Below are positions 1 through 8,905 of a stretch of 64,000 nt of DNA, piece by piece; the stretch's first letter is position 1; each line of letters starts with the position of its first letter. Below the pieces are notes generated by a model. The model worked only from the letters and a program-made list of their open reading frames with translations. It was not told where the DNA came from and did not search any database. The position numbers and the translations under genes are program-made. The stretch is from an uncultured beta proteobacterium (GTDB lineage: Bacteria > Pseudomonadota > Gammaproteobacteria > Burkholderiales > Burkholderiaceae_C): positions 97-64,096 of the forward strand of contig CAIPGC010000103.1 in the NCBI GenBank assembly GCA_903864505.1. The letters run 5' to 3'.

Positions 1-2
1 CC

Positions 3-1355
3 CGCACCGTCCGCACCCCAGACAACAGCCCCGTGTCGTTCCCCAACGGCATCATGATCGGCACCGCCGTGGGTGCCGGGGCCATCAACCACATCGGCAC
101 GCCTGGCCAGCAAGGCTTTGGCGTGGGCATTGCGCCCAGCATCCCGGCCAACTTTGCCAAGCTGTATGGCACGGATGACCCCTCAGCCGACACATACGGA
201 AATTATCAGTACAGTGATGGCAGCATCATGTGCTACCAGCCCGTAAGCTGTTACAAATACGGCACCGGTGCCAATGGCCTGGCAATCAACAATTGCGACA
301 TCAAGCCGTTCAGCTATTTTGAGAACTCGCTCACGATAGCCAATGCAGCCGGTTACGCCCTGCACCGCACGTTTTATAACAACGGCAGCATCCGTCCGGG
401 CTTCATGCACGACAAATACAAGTGCTCGCTCAACGGGACAATTGCCAGCTCCATCAAAAACGGAGTTGTGCTGACCAGTGCCCAGCGCGGCAGCCTCAGC
501 ACTGCAGTATTTTCAAGCTGCACCGGCAACGGGCAAACGCCATCCAACAACTTTTCCGGGGCGATCGCTGCAGCCAAGAGCCGCGGCAACCAATTCTTCC
601 CACACACGCAATTCATGCGCGCTTGGCTCGCGCTGGTCAGCCTTGCGCACGGTAAAGCATCCACTGGTACAACCTATAACGCTTGGTACGACGCCACAGG
701 CGTAAACAATTTTCCCAAGGGAAACAATAACAACGCGCTCGGGGATATCAATGACGCGACGATTGCATATGTGTACGACGGCAACGGCACCTACCTGGGT
801 TGCGGCAAAACAGGGTCTGCCAACTTTTTCGCCAAGACCACTCATAACGGTCAAGGTAACGGGGTGTGTGACACAAATGGCCTAGTTTGGGACATCGAAC
901 CCTTCGGCATTACGAGCGACGGTGCCAACTTCTACCTGCTAAACACTGCCGCAGACGTCAGCGCCATGACTGGCGGCAACACCCTGGCGACTGATGCGTG
1001 GGGCGCGACCGGCCTTGCCGCGCTGTACACCAGCATCGGTGCCACCTACGGGTCAATGACAGCCAGCTCTACAAACAAAACGTTCGGCGCAGCCGCGCAG
1101 GTGCTGTCTGAGGCCACCAGCGGCACGCCGTGGGCCATGGCTGGTGCGGGCATACCGCTACTCGGTGGCGTTGGGGGCTCCAATCAGTTTGGTAACGATT
1201 ATTTCTATGACGGCCCGCGCCCAAATGAGTTGTGCGTCGTCGGCGGCGCGTATTGGGACAATGGCTCGATCGCCGGGTGCTGGGCCCGGTATTTCAGCTT
1301 TGTCCGTTCCGTCTCGAGCGTTTACTACGGCTTTTCCTCCGCCTGTTATTTGTAG
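3..1355 (+). CDS. DGR target protein, Mtd-like receptor-binding/tail fibre with C-terminal CLec-type variable region (5'-truncated)
   Basis: The frame is open from nt 3 (RTVRTPDNSPV...), so the GTG at 33 is probably not the start. The C-terminus GGAYWDNGSIAGCW...YYGFSSACYL is encoded by the VR. Confidence 0.9.
   Translation, partial: RTVRTPDNSPVSFPNGIMIGTAVGAGAINHIGTPGQQGFGVGIAPSIPANFAKLYGTDDPSADTYGNYQYSDGSIMCYQPVSCYKYGTGANGLAINNCDIKPFSYFENSLTIANAAGYALHRTFYNNGSIRPGFMHDKYKCSLNGTIASSIKNGVVLTSAQRGSLSTAVFSSCTGNGQTPSNNFSGAIAAAKSRGNQFFPHTQFMRAWLALVSLAHGKASTGTTYNAWYDATGVNNFPKGNNNNALGDINDATIAYVYDGNGTYLGCGKTGSANFFAKTTHNGQGNGVCDTNGLVWDIEPFGITSDGANFYLLNTAADVSAMTGGNTLATDAWGATGLAALYTSIGATYGSMTASSTNKTFGAAAQVLSEATSGTPWAMAGAGIPLLGGVGGSNQFGNDYFYDGPRPNELCVVGGAYWDNGSIAGCWARYFSFVRSVSSVYYGFSSACYL
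1229..1344 (+). repeat. DGR variable region (VR), including 3' IMH
   Basis: Identical to 1806-1921 except 14 positions, all A in TR. Confidence 0.97.
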
Positions 1356-1370
1356 GCCTGAGCGATAGCG

Positions 1371-1802
1371 ATGGGCCACCATGACGAAGCCAAACTCGAT
1401 GTCAAGTTCATTGACTTTGCCCGCCAAATGAACCTGTATTTGAATCACTTCCCCAAGCACGAAAAGTATGGTTTGTCGCAGCAAATCAGAAATTCGGCTT
1501 ACGAAGTCTATGGCTATATCGTGGAATCGCAAAAGCGGTATTTAAAGAAAACCTCGCTCACAAGCCTAGACATCGCACACGAACAACTGCGCATGTTCAT
1601 TCGGTTAGCGTTTGAGTTGGGCTATTTCAAGTTCAAGGATGGTGCCCAATGCATTGACAAAGACCACGAAAAAACCGCCACCCACCGTTACCTGGTACTT
1701 AGCCGAATGGTTGACGAACTCGGGCGAATGGTAGGCGGCTGGATACAGGCCGAAAGGGCCAAACAGAATCCCGAGGGCGGGCATAAAAGGGAGGCGTCTT
1801 AA
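1371..1802 (+). CDS. avd: DGR accessory variability determinant (Avd, four-helix bundle)
   Basis: FPKHEKYGLSQQIRN...LRMFIRLA...DELGRMVGGW pattern; lies between VR and TR. Confidence 0.9.
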   Translation: MGHHDEAKLDVKFIDFARQMNLYLNHFPKHEKYGLSQQIRNSAYEVYGYIVESQKRYLKKTSLTSLDIAHEQLRMFIRLAFELGYFKFKDGAQCIDKDHEKTATHRYLVLSRMVDELGRMVGGWIQAERAKQNPEGGHKREAS

Positions 1803-1805
1803 CAT

Positions 1806-2060
1806 GTTGTGCGTCATCAGCGGCGCGAATTGGAACAATGGCTCGATCGCCGGGTGCTGGGCCCGGAATTTCAACAATGTCCGTTCCAACTCGAACGATA
1901 ACTACGGCTTTTCCTCCGACTCAAGGCCTCACGCCGCGCAAGCGGTGAGTGGAATTCAGGGAGGCGCTTTCCTGCGTTTGGCGCAAGCCTTCGCAAAATC
2001 TGCTGCACACCACCATCCTAGTAGGCGCCATGTTGTGTTCGACCGCCTGGAGGTGTCACC
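1806..2060 (+). ncRNA. DGR template repeat (TR 1806-1921) plus TR-RT spacer RNA
   Basis: TR has nine AAY codons in the target frame. The spacer has a hairpin with a GCAA tetraloop at 1928-1949. Confidence 0.92.
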
Positions 2061-3128
2061 ATGAAGCGCGCTGGATTTTTGTTTGAAAAAGCCTTCGCTC
2101 CAGAGTCTTTATACCAAGCCTGGATAGATGCCAGCAAGGGCAAAAACAACAAGCGCGCCACCCTTGAATTTGCCCGCAATCTTGGCCCCAACCTTGACGC
2201 ACTGCACCGCGAATTGCACGCAGGCAATTACCGCCCGCAACCCTACACAGAATTCACGGTGTACGAACCCAAGCAACGCATCATTTACGCCCCCGCGTTC
2301 CGCGACCTGGTGGTGCAGCACGCCATTTACCGCCTGATCTACCCGCTGTTCAACGCCAGCTTTATCGACCAGAGCTTTGCCTGCCGGGTAGCCAAAGGCA
2401 CCCATGCCGCCGCCGACTACGCACAGGCCGCATTGCGCGCCTGCCACCCCGAGAGCTACCTGCTGCAGCTTGACGTGCGCAAATTCTTCTACAGCATCGA
2501 CCGCAGCATTTTGCAAACCCTGATAGAGCGCAAAGTGAAAGACGCCCGCTTTGTGGGCGTGATGATGCAGTTTGCCAACTACGGCCCCGTTGTGGGCATC
2601 CCGATCGGCAACCTGCTCAGCCAGCTTTACGCGCTGATCTACCTCAACCCGCTGGACCACTTCATCAAGCGCACCCTGGGCGCGCAGCACTACTGCCGCT
2701 ATGTGGACGACTTCGTGCTCTTTGGCTGCAGCCGTGCGCAATGTATGGAGGCGCTGGCAGCCATCAAGGCGTTTCTGGCAAGCGCGCTGCACCTGGAGCT
2801 ATCGCGCTACACCCTGCACAAGGTGCGCCGGGGTCTGAACTTTGTGGGCTATCGCACCTGGCGCAGCACCCGCTACCTGCGCAAGCACAGCCTTTACACA
2901 TTCACCAAGTCGGCCTGCAAGGGCAGGCTGCAAAGCGTTATCTCCATCCTGGGCCACGCCCGCCACACGGGCAGCCACGCCCACCTCTTGAAAACCCTGA
3001 AAGGAAAACACCATGACCTCTTTAATCGCCTACCGCAAAGTTATCGACAGCGTTACCACCCACAGCTTGAAGCTGCCCACCGCGCAAGCCAGCCAGCAAG
3101 CCGGGCAAGAGCTTGCCACCCTGCCTGA
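2061..3128 (+). CDS. brt: DGR reverse transcriptase
   Basis: RT motifs: APAFRDLVVQHA, GIPIGNLLSQ, catalytic YVDD, LNFVGY. No maturase or endonuclease extension. Confidence 0.96.
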   Translation: MKRAGFLFEKAFAPESLYQAWIDASKGKNNKRATLEFARNLGPNLDALHRELHAGNYRPQPYTEFTVYEPKQRIIYAPAFRDLVVQHAIYRLIYPLFNASFIDQSFACRVAKGTHAAADYAQAALRACHPESYLLQLDVRKFFYSIDRSILQTLIERKVKDARFVGVMMQFANYGPVVGIPIGNLLSQLYALIYLNPLDHFIKRTLGAQHYCRYVDDFVLFGCSRAQCMEALAAIKAFLASALHLELSRYTLHKVRRGLNFVGYRTWRSTRYLRKHSLYTFTKSACKGRLQSVISILGHARHTGSHAHLLKTLKGKHHDLFNRLPQSYRQRYHPQLEAAHRASQPASRARACHPA

Positions 3129-3477
3129 TGGCCGCACGGTGGTGGTGCTGTTTGACGGCTTCACGCTGCCAACCGACCAGCCCGCCGCTATTGCCAACAG
3201 CATCGAAACCCTGGCCACCCCCTTGCCAGACTTGCTCAAAGAGCAGATCAAGGCCGCCAGCCCGCACGTGGCGCTGATTAGCAAAAACATGATCGACACC
3301 ATCCGCAAGAGCTACAGCATTGATGACGAGATGTTCTTTGCGCGTATTGGCGTGGGTGCCGCCACCGGCCTGTACACCCCGACCAGCGATGAGATGAACG
3401 AGCTGACGGTGTTTGGCGAGTTTGTAGAAAGCGTGCGCCAGTGGGGTCGCACCGAGCGGGCCAAGCTGGGCTTGTAA
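3013..3477 (+). CDS. Hypothetical protein overlapping the RT 3' end
   Basis: 154-aa ORF with ordinary protein composition; overlaps RT by 116 nt. Confidence 0.7.
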   Translation: MTSLIAYRKVIDSVTTHSLKLPTAQASQQAGQELATLPDGRTVVVLFDGFTLPTDQPAAIANSIETLATPLPDLLKEQIKAASPHVALISKNMIDTIRKSYSIDDEMFFARIGVGAATGLYTPTSDEMNELTVFGEFVESVRQWGRTERAKLGL

Positions 3478-3532
3478 ATGTGCAACCAGGATTGTCAGCA
3501 GGGACGTTCCTGCGTTTGTAGAAAGACCCAAA

Positions 3533-4306
3533 ATGAAACACCTATTCGCCGCTCTCTTTTTGATAGCCTCACTCACTGGATGCGCGACCGCAGACTACAA
3601 AGCCTATGCGGAAGCACAGAGCAATGTGGCAGCAGCCAAAGCCAGCGCGGAAACGGCCCGGTACAACGCTCTCTCCAAGATCGCCGAAACGGGGACCGAC
3701 GCCAGCAAGATCGCCGCCGTGATGGCGCTGGCCCTGGGTAACCAGGGAGCAGGGCAGGTGCAGCAGATTGCCGCACCGCCGCAGAATGAGGCGCTGCAGT
3801 GGGCCAGCATCCTGGTGCCGGGCATCACCAACATCGCGGGCATGGCGCTCAACGCGAAAGTAGCCATCACCAACGCAGAGCACAGCGCCCGTGTGGCCGA
3901 GTCCACGAACGCGGCGTTTGTTGGCATAGCCAGCAAGATTCAAGCGCCAGTGACGGTAGTTCCATCAGCACCTGTCACCGTAGTCCCGCAAGCAAACGTG
4001 TCAACAGTTACCACAACCACTACGACTGACAACCATGCTACTTCCACGGACAACCACGCATCTACTGTTTCAACAGCTACAACGTCAACGTCAACTGCTA
4101 ACCCTGTCAACACCACATCGACCAGCATCGGCGGCGCAGGAGTCATCGGCAACGGAACCTACTCAACCCAGGCCAACCCCGTTACCACCACAGCCAACCC
4201 GGTGACGACTACAACGACGGCCAACCCGGTTACCACCACCACAACGACGAACCCACCAGGAAAGACGTGTGCGACCAGTGCAGCGGGCATTGTGAACTGC
4301 ATATGA
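3533..4306 (+). CDS. Lipoprotein with Thr-rich ANPV(T)n tail
   Basis: Signal peptide with lipobox LTG-C17; four ANPV repeats. Confidence 0.85.
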   Translation: MKHLFAALFLIASLTGCATADYKAYAEAQSNVAAAKASAETARYNALSKIAETGTDASKIAAVMALALGNQGAGQVQQIAAPPQNEALQWASILVPGITNIAGMALNAKVAITNAEHSARVAESTNAAFVGIASKIQAPVTVVPSAPVTVVPQANVSTVTTTTTTDNHATSTDNHASTVSTATTSTSTANPVNTTSTSIGGAGVIGNGTYSTQANPVTTTANPVTTTTTANPVTTTTTTNPPGKTCATSAAGIVNCI

Positions 4307-4551
4307 AGCAGCGCATCCTGAACATCCTTGTGGCGCTGGACAGCTTTGTCTTTGTGCTGCTGACCCTGGGCGTTGGGCATCCGGGAGAAACCATTTCTTC
4401 TGCCGCCTACCGCTCCGAGTTGATAGGTGGGTACTTCAGGTTCGCTAGACCCGTGATTGATTTTCTGTTTGCATGGCTAGAGGACAAGCACTGCTTTGAA
4501 AGCTGGCTTTACGCAATGACAAAACGAAATTTACCTGAGGATATGAGATGA
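4303..4551 (+). CDS. Small membrane-associated phage protein (82 aa)
   Basis: ATGA overlap with the previous gene; hydrophobic N-terminus ILNILVALDSFVFVLLTLG. Confidence 0.7.
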   Translation: MKQRILNILVALDSFVFVLLTLGVGHPGETISSAAYRSELIGGYFRFARPVIDFLFAWLEDKHCFESWLYAMTKRNLPEDMR

Positions 4552-4892
4552 GCGACCCAATAGACCGCCGAGCGCCAAGCCAAGAACTTCTGGAGCTTGT
4601 GCGGATCATCCACGCCAACCAACTGGAGATGGATCGCAAACTCACGGATCACATGAAGAATGAAACTCAGGAGCTTGCAGAGGCAATCACAAAGCTGATG
4701 GCTGACGCATTCCCGCAGGGTGACTTGTACGGTCATCGCAAAGCGCATGTGGCTTGGATCGAGGAAGTAGAGCAGCGCACTGACTTTTACAGAACCCTGA
4801 AAAAGAAACTTGTGGAGTGGGGTTTACTAGGTTTCTTGGGTTGGGCAATCTATGCACTGTGGACCGCCTTTCTGCAAGGACCGAACAGGTGA
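4548..4892 (+). CDS. Putative holin/antiholin-like protein with C-terminal TM helix
   Basis: C-terminal WGLLGFLGWAIYALWTAFL segment; lies in the lysis cluster; ATGA-coupled. Confidence 0.6.
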   Translation: MSDPIDRRAPSQELLELVRIIHANQLEMDRKLTDHMKNETQELAEAITKLMADAFPQGDLYGHRKAHVAWIEEVEQRTDFYRTLKKKLVEWGLLGFLGWAIYALWTAFLQGPNR

Positions 4893-4984
4893 TGGAATGG
4901 CTTGTCGGTCTGGTGGTGACTGTCGCTGCGCTCATCTTTTTGGTGATGTGGGTTGTTGGCTTTTTCATGGGAGATGACGAATGA
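4892..4984 (+). CDS. 30-aa single-TM peptide (not in ORF track)
   Basis: MEWLVGLVVTVAALIFLVMWVVGFFMGDDE; overlaps the upstream stop (TGATG) and the endolysin start (ATGA). Confidence 0.7.
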   Translation: MEWLVGLVVTVAALIFLVMWVVGFFMGDDE

Positions 4985-5436
4985 CTGAACTTGACAAGCT
5001 CTCGCCAAACTTCACGCTGGAGGAATTCATCCACAGCGATACGGCGATGCGCCTATCCATCGATCAGACACCTAGCCCGTTGGTGCTTCAGGCACTGACC
5101 GCCACAGCAAAGCAGCTTGAAGGCGTGCGTGACCTACTGGGCAATGCGCCGATCTACATCAGCAGCGGCTACCGCAGCTACGCATTGAACAAAGCCATCG
5201 GTGGCTCCCCCAACTCGGATCATCTGGATGGTTGGGCTGTTGACTTCACTGCTCCGCGCTACGGCAACCCGCAACAGATTTGCAAGGCAATCGCCAACGC
5301 CTACAGCTTGAGCTTCAGTCAGTGCATCTACGAAGGGCGGTGGGTACACATCAGCTTCCGTCCAACAGGTAAGCGTCAGGTGCTTACAGCGCACTTTGCG
5401 CCCGGCAAAACAACTTATTCTGAGGGGATAGCATGA
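4981..5436 (+). CDS. Endolysin, peptidase M15 family
   Basis: NFTLEEF, SGYRS..LN..IGG...SDH..GWAVD and WVHIS Zn-peptidase motifs. Confidence 0.9.
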   Translation: MTELDKLSPNFTLEEFIHSDTAMRLSIDQTPSPLVLQALTATAKQLEGVRDLLGNAPIYISSGYRSYALNKAIGGSPNSDHLDGWAVDFTAPRYGNPQQICKAIANAYSLSFSQCIYEGRWVHISFRPTGKRQVLTAHFAPGKTTYSEGIA

Positions 5437-5948
5437 ACTGGTTAGAAACATTGAAGCAGCTTGCACCTACAGTCGCAAGTGCCCTCGGAGGCCCGTTAGC
5501 AGGCGCTGCCGTCACTGCGCTTGGCGGCATCTTCGGGCTGAGTGAACCCAACCAAGACACGATTGCCCGGCTGTTCAAGGACGGTCAACTGTCAGCAGAC
5601 AACCTCGCCGCAATCCGCAAGCTGGAACTGGACTACCAGAACCAAGAGCGTGAGCGCAACTTCAAATACTCAGAGTTGGAGTTTAAGGACAAGGACTCTG
5701 CGCGTCAGATGCAGATGGCGACCCACTCCAAGATGCCTGCCATCCTGACCATCCTAGTCACTGTTGGGTTCTTCGGAATCCTCGGCTTGCTGTTCTTTCA
5801 TCCTGAGTTGAAGGGAAATGAGATTGTGATGTTGATGGTAGGGCAACTGTCGGCTGTGTGGGCCGCGTGCGTATCGTTTTACGTGGGCACAACTTACGGC
5901 TCGGCAAACAAGAACGCCATGTTGGCTAACTCGCAACCGAGTAAATAA
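5433..5948 (+). CDS. Holin, 3TM (GTA-holin-like) family
   Basis: APTVASALGGPLAGAA N-terminus, DKDSARQMQ, two C-terminal TM helices ending FYVGTTYGS. Confidence 0.75.
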   Translation: MNWLETLKQLAPTVASALGGPLAGAAVTALGGIFGLSEPNQDTIARLFKDGQLSADNLAAIRKLELDYQNQERERNFKYSELEFKDKDSARQMQMATHSKMPAILTILVTVGFFGILGLLFFHPELKGNEIVMLMVGQLSAVWAACVSFYVGTTYGSANKNAMLANSQPSK

Positions 5949-8905
5949 TGGCCATCATAAAGATAGAGAACTTCTTTGGCGAACAGCCAAGCACTGCACC
6001 GCGCTCTCTGGGTGATGCTGCCGCTGTGAGTCGGAACCTGTACGCAGGAACGCCTGACTTCAAGCCGCTTCCTGCTGGTTTGAGCAACATCAGAAGCACA
6101 GTCGATCCGTACAACGCAACGATCACCAACCCAAAGTCGCTGTATCGGTTCGATCATGATGCCGCTGGAAATCTTCAGTCAAACTACATGGCCGGGTGGG
6201 TTGTACGCGCCCAGAACATCAGCTACGTCAAGAGCCAACTGAACGACGCAGAGCACGACCGGACCTACTACACGTTCGACAACAACGCTGACATTTCAAA
6301 CAGAGCAACGGTAGGCGCTGCATCGCCATCGGCCGAGTCACCGACATTCGCAGTAGCCCCAAAGGTAATGGCGAACGACGGTGCAGGATGGCTGTACGAC
6401 AACATTCTTGGAGTCCCTGCTCCAACAGTAGCCCCGCGGGTGACCTTGAGTGAAGTGGATGAGTTCTCCAATGAGGATGCTACCGCAGCAGAGTCTACGG
6501 TGACCGTGCAGATTGCAGACGCAATGCGTGAGGCGTTCGTCAAGAACTATTACGGCAACTCAATCCCGATAGCAGCGCCAAACACATCCACGATTGGATG
6601 GGTGAACCATGGCGACCCAACTGTTGCGAACCTCCCGAGTAAGGATGAGCGGTACTCGAACCTGCTGATCCCAATGCCGGGTAATGTCGTTCACCCCGAC
6701 TTTGCGTACCTGATGGATTCATCCTTCAATGGCAACTCTGTCATGTACGCTGGGAATCAGTATTACGCCATAGCTATCCGGCTGTACTCGCCCATGTGGT
6801 TGCCGTATGACGTGGCAATGACCCAGCACTTGACTGCACTGAAGTCGCCTTACGACACCAGCGTTGCATTGTTCGACCCAGCAGAAGTAACCAGCATCGT
6901 GGCATCCTCGCTTTCATACTGGGGGTATGACGTTGGATCACTGACGGACCCGGCCAAGAAGTTCGTGGCAGACGCGATGGCTAAAACAAAGCTGATTCAG
7001 CAAGCTATAGATGCGTCCGTAGTCCCTTCCGCTGCCAAGACAACCACCTACACCTCCGCGCTGAGTACGTTCTTTGGAACGGCTGCGCACCCTGGTTCTG
7101 CAATGGGCGCGATTCTGGATAAGGCAAATTACTACGGGACGGCGGGTATCCCTCCCGTGTCCGCGACAGCGACCAAGTATTACAGCAATGCAGCAGCTTT
7201 CGCCAATCTGGAATCTCAGGTACGCGCCTCGACAACAGCCAAGGGAAACGGGGTTGAGATAAACACTGACATTCTGCGCAACGATCTGTATGAGGACTTC
7301 AAACTCATCATCAACCAGCGCACAGGCTCATGGACTCAGACGGTCCACGGGGACGAAGTTACCTACTATCAGTACCAGGACTTTCTTCCCGGTCTTGTGG
7401 CGGCGTTGGACGAACTGATGGTGCCGTTCAAAAACTTCTTTGATCCGGGAAACCTGTCTACTTTCTCGGAAGCACCCAACACGGACAGGCAGAAGATCGC
7501 CATCCTGCAAGCTGCAATCAAGGATGCTGAAACGTCCCTGAAAGCATTGCAGGCACTGGACGAAGAACTGTACTACCAGATCAAAACGGCAGCTACCAAC
7601 GCCTACAACCTCGGACCCGCAGCACGGATAGCAAGCAAGGGTGTAACCCGCATCAAGGACACCCGCTACTACATCTATACCTATGTGACCAACTGGGGAG
7701 AGGAATCAGCACCTTCACCTGTGAGCAAGATGGTTGAACCAGATCAGAACGACTTGGTATGGATTGAGGCCACTCCACCACCTACAGACAGGAACATTGT
7801 CGGATGGCGAGTCTATCGGTCTGTGTCTGGATCAAGCAACTCTGCTTTTCAGTTGATTTACAACCTGTATGGGCTGACTGCCAACGTGGTGCAGGATGGC
7901 TCTGGTGGATTCGATTACCTGAACATTACGCTGCGCAATGGCGATGGGTTCATGTACTACCAGGACGCTCCAAAACCAAACCTTGACGCCGCGATTCTTG
8001 GTGAAGTGTGCCCATCGATGACATGGGCGGAACCACCTGAGAGACTGGCAGGCCTTGTCGGCATGCCAAACGGCATCATGGCAGGGTTTGTTGACAACTA
8101 TGTGGCATTCTGTGAGCCGTACGTGCCATACGCATGGCCTGTTGAGTATCAGGTGCCAATCGACCACCCTATTGTCGGATTGGGGGTGTTTGGGCAGACG
8201 CTGTTCGTTGGGACACGGGCGAACCCGTACCTAATCTCTGGGTCGGACTCCGCAACCATGTCGGCTGTGAAGCTGCCAGATAACCAAGCCTGTGTAGCCC
8301 GTAGGTCTATTGCATCAGTGTCAGGCGGGATCATGTATGCCTCTCCTGATGGATTGTGCCTTGTCAACGAGTCTGGGGTGAAGGTCATCTCCAAGGGATT
8401 GTGGAGCCGTGAGGACTGGCAGAAAATTGTCCCGTCATCCATCGTCGCTGTTGAGTACGAGGGGATGTATGTCTTTACCTGTGATAACGGGACGAAGGCT
8501 TTTATCCTTGGTGATGGAAAGCTGGTCAGTGTGGACATCGAGGCTTCGGCGTTCTTTGTTGACCGTGTGAATGACGCGCTTTACGCAGCAAGCGATACCA
8601 GTGTCCGCAGGTTGTTTAACGGTGGCGCTCGGATGACGGGCGTGTACAAAACAGGTGTTATCACTCTACCGAAACAAGAACCGCTGGCTTGGGTGCAGGT
8701 TTTCAGTGACGCAACCCTATCAACACCTGTTACTTTAAAGTGGTATGGGGATGGCACGCTCCGCCACACAGCAACTATCACCAGCATTAACCCGCAACGA
8801 CTTCCGCCAGGGCGCTACCTTGAACATGAGATAGAGGTTTCCTCGCAGGCAAACATCACCAGCGTCATCCTCGCAGGTTCAACGCAAGAGCTTCAATCCG
8901 CATGA
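5948..8905 (+). CDS. Tail tubular B / nozzle-like protein (P22 gp10-like) with large internal insert
   Basis: MAIIKIENFFGEQP N-terminus; YIYTYVTNWGEESAPSP and FCEPYVPYAWP motifs of podoviral tail stabilisation proteins. Confidence 0.75.
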   Translation: MAIIKIENFFGEQPSTAPRSLGDAAAVSRNLYAGTPDFKPLPAGLSNIRSTVDPYNATITNPKSLYRFDHDAAGNLQSNYMAGWVVRAQNISYVKSQLNDAEHDRTYYTFDNNADISNRATVGAASPSAESPTFAVAPKVMANDGAGWLYDNILGVPAPTVAPRVTLSEVDEFSNEDATAAESTVTVQIADAMREAFVKNYYGNSIPIAAPNTSTIGWVNHGDPTVANLPSKDERYSNLLIPMPGNVVHPDFAYLMDSSFNGNSVMYAGNQYYAIAIRLYSPMWLPYDVAMTQHLTALKSPYDTSVALFDPAEVTSIVASSLSYWGYDVGSLTDPAKKFVADAMAKTKLIQQAIDASVVPSAAKTTTYTSALSTFFGTAAHPGSAMGAILDKANYYGTAGIPPVSATATKYYSNAAAFANLESQVRASTTAKGNGVEINTDILRNDLYEDFKLIINQRTGSWTQTVHGDEVTYYQYQDFLPGLVAALDELMVPFKNFFDPGNLSTFSEAPNTDRQKIAILQAAIKDAETSLKALQALDEELYYQIKTAATNAYNLGPAARIASKGVTRIKDTRYYIYTYVTNWGEESAPSPVSKMVEPDQNDLVWIEATPPPTDRNIVGWRVYRSVSGSSNSAFQLIYNLYGLTANVVQDGSGGFDYLNITLRNGDGFMYYQDAPKPNLDAAILGEVCPSMTWAEPPERLAGLVGMPNGIMAGFVDNYVAFCEPYVPYAWPVEYQVPIDHPIVGLGVFGQTLFVGTRANPYLISGSDSATMSAVKLPDNQACVARRSIASVSGGIMYASPDGLCLVNESGVKVISKGLWSREDWQKIVPSSIVAVEYEGMYVFTCDNGTKAFILGDGKLVSVDIEASAFFVDRVNDALYAASDTSVRRLFNGGARMTGVYKTGVITLPKQEPLAWVQVFSDATLSTPVTLKWYGDGTLRHTATITSINPQRLPPGRYLEHEIEVSSQANITSVILAGSTQELQSA

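Larger units (their letters stand above)
3..3128 (+). mobile_element. Diversity-generating retroelement (target/VR - avd - TR - RT)
   Basis: VR and TR align over 116 nt and differ only at TR adenines. Avd-like and RT genes are adjacent, in BPP-1-type order. Confidence 0.97.

Noticed and set aside
1804-2064. 86-aa ORF paralogous to the target C-terminus
   Set aside because: It is simply TR read in the target frame. TR is stop-free by design, and there is no evidence it is a real gene.
2061-3128. Group II intron or retron interpretation of the RT
   Set aside because: TR/VR pair and avd are present; no maturase/endonuclease domain or msr-msd is evident.
4020-4260. CRISPR-like or mobile repeat array
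   Set aside because: These are degenerate in-frame coding repeats (ANPV/Tn) with no spacers. No CRISPR array was seen anywhere in the window.
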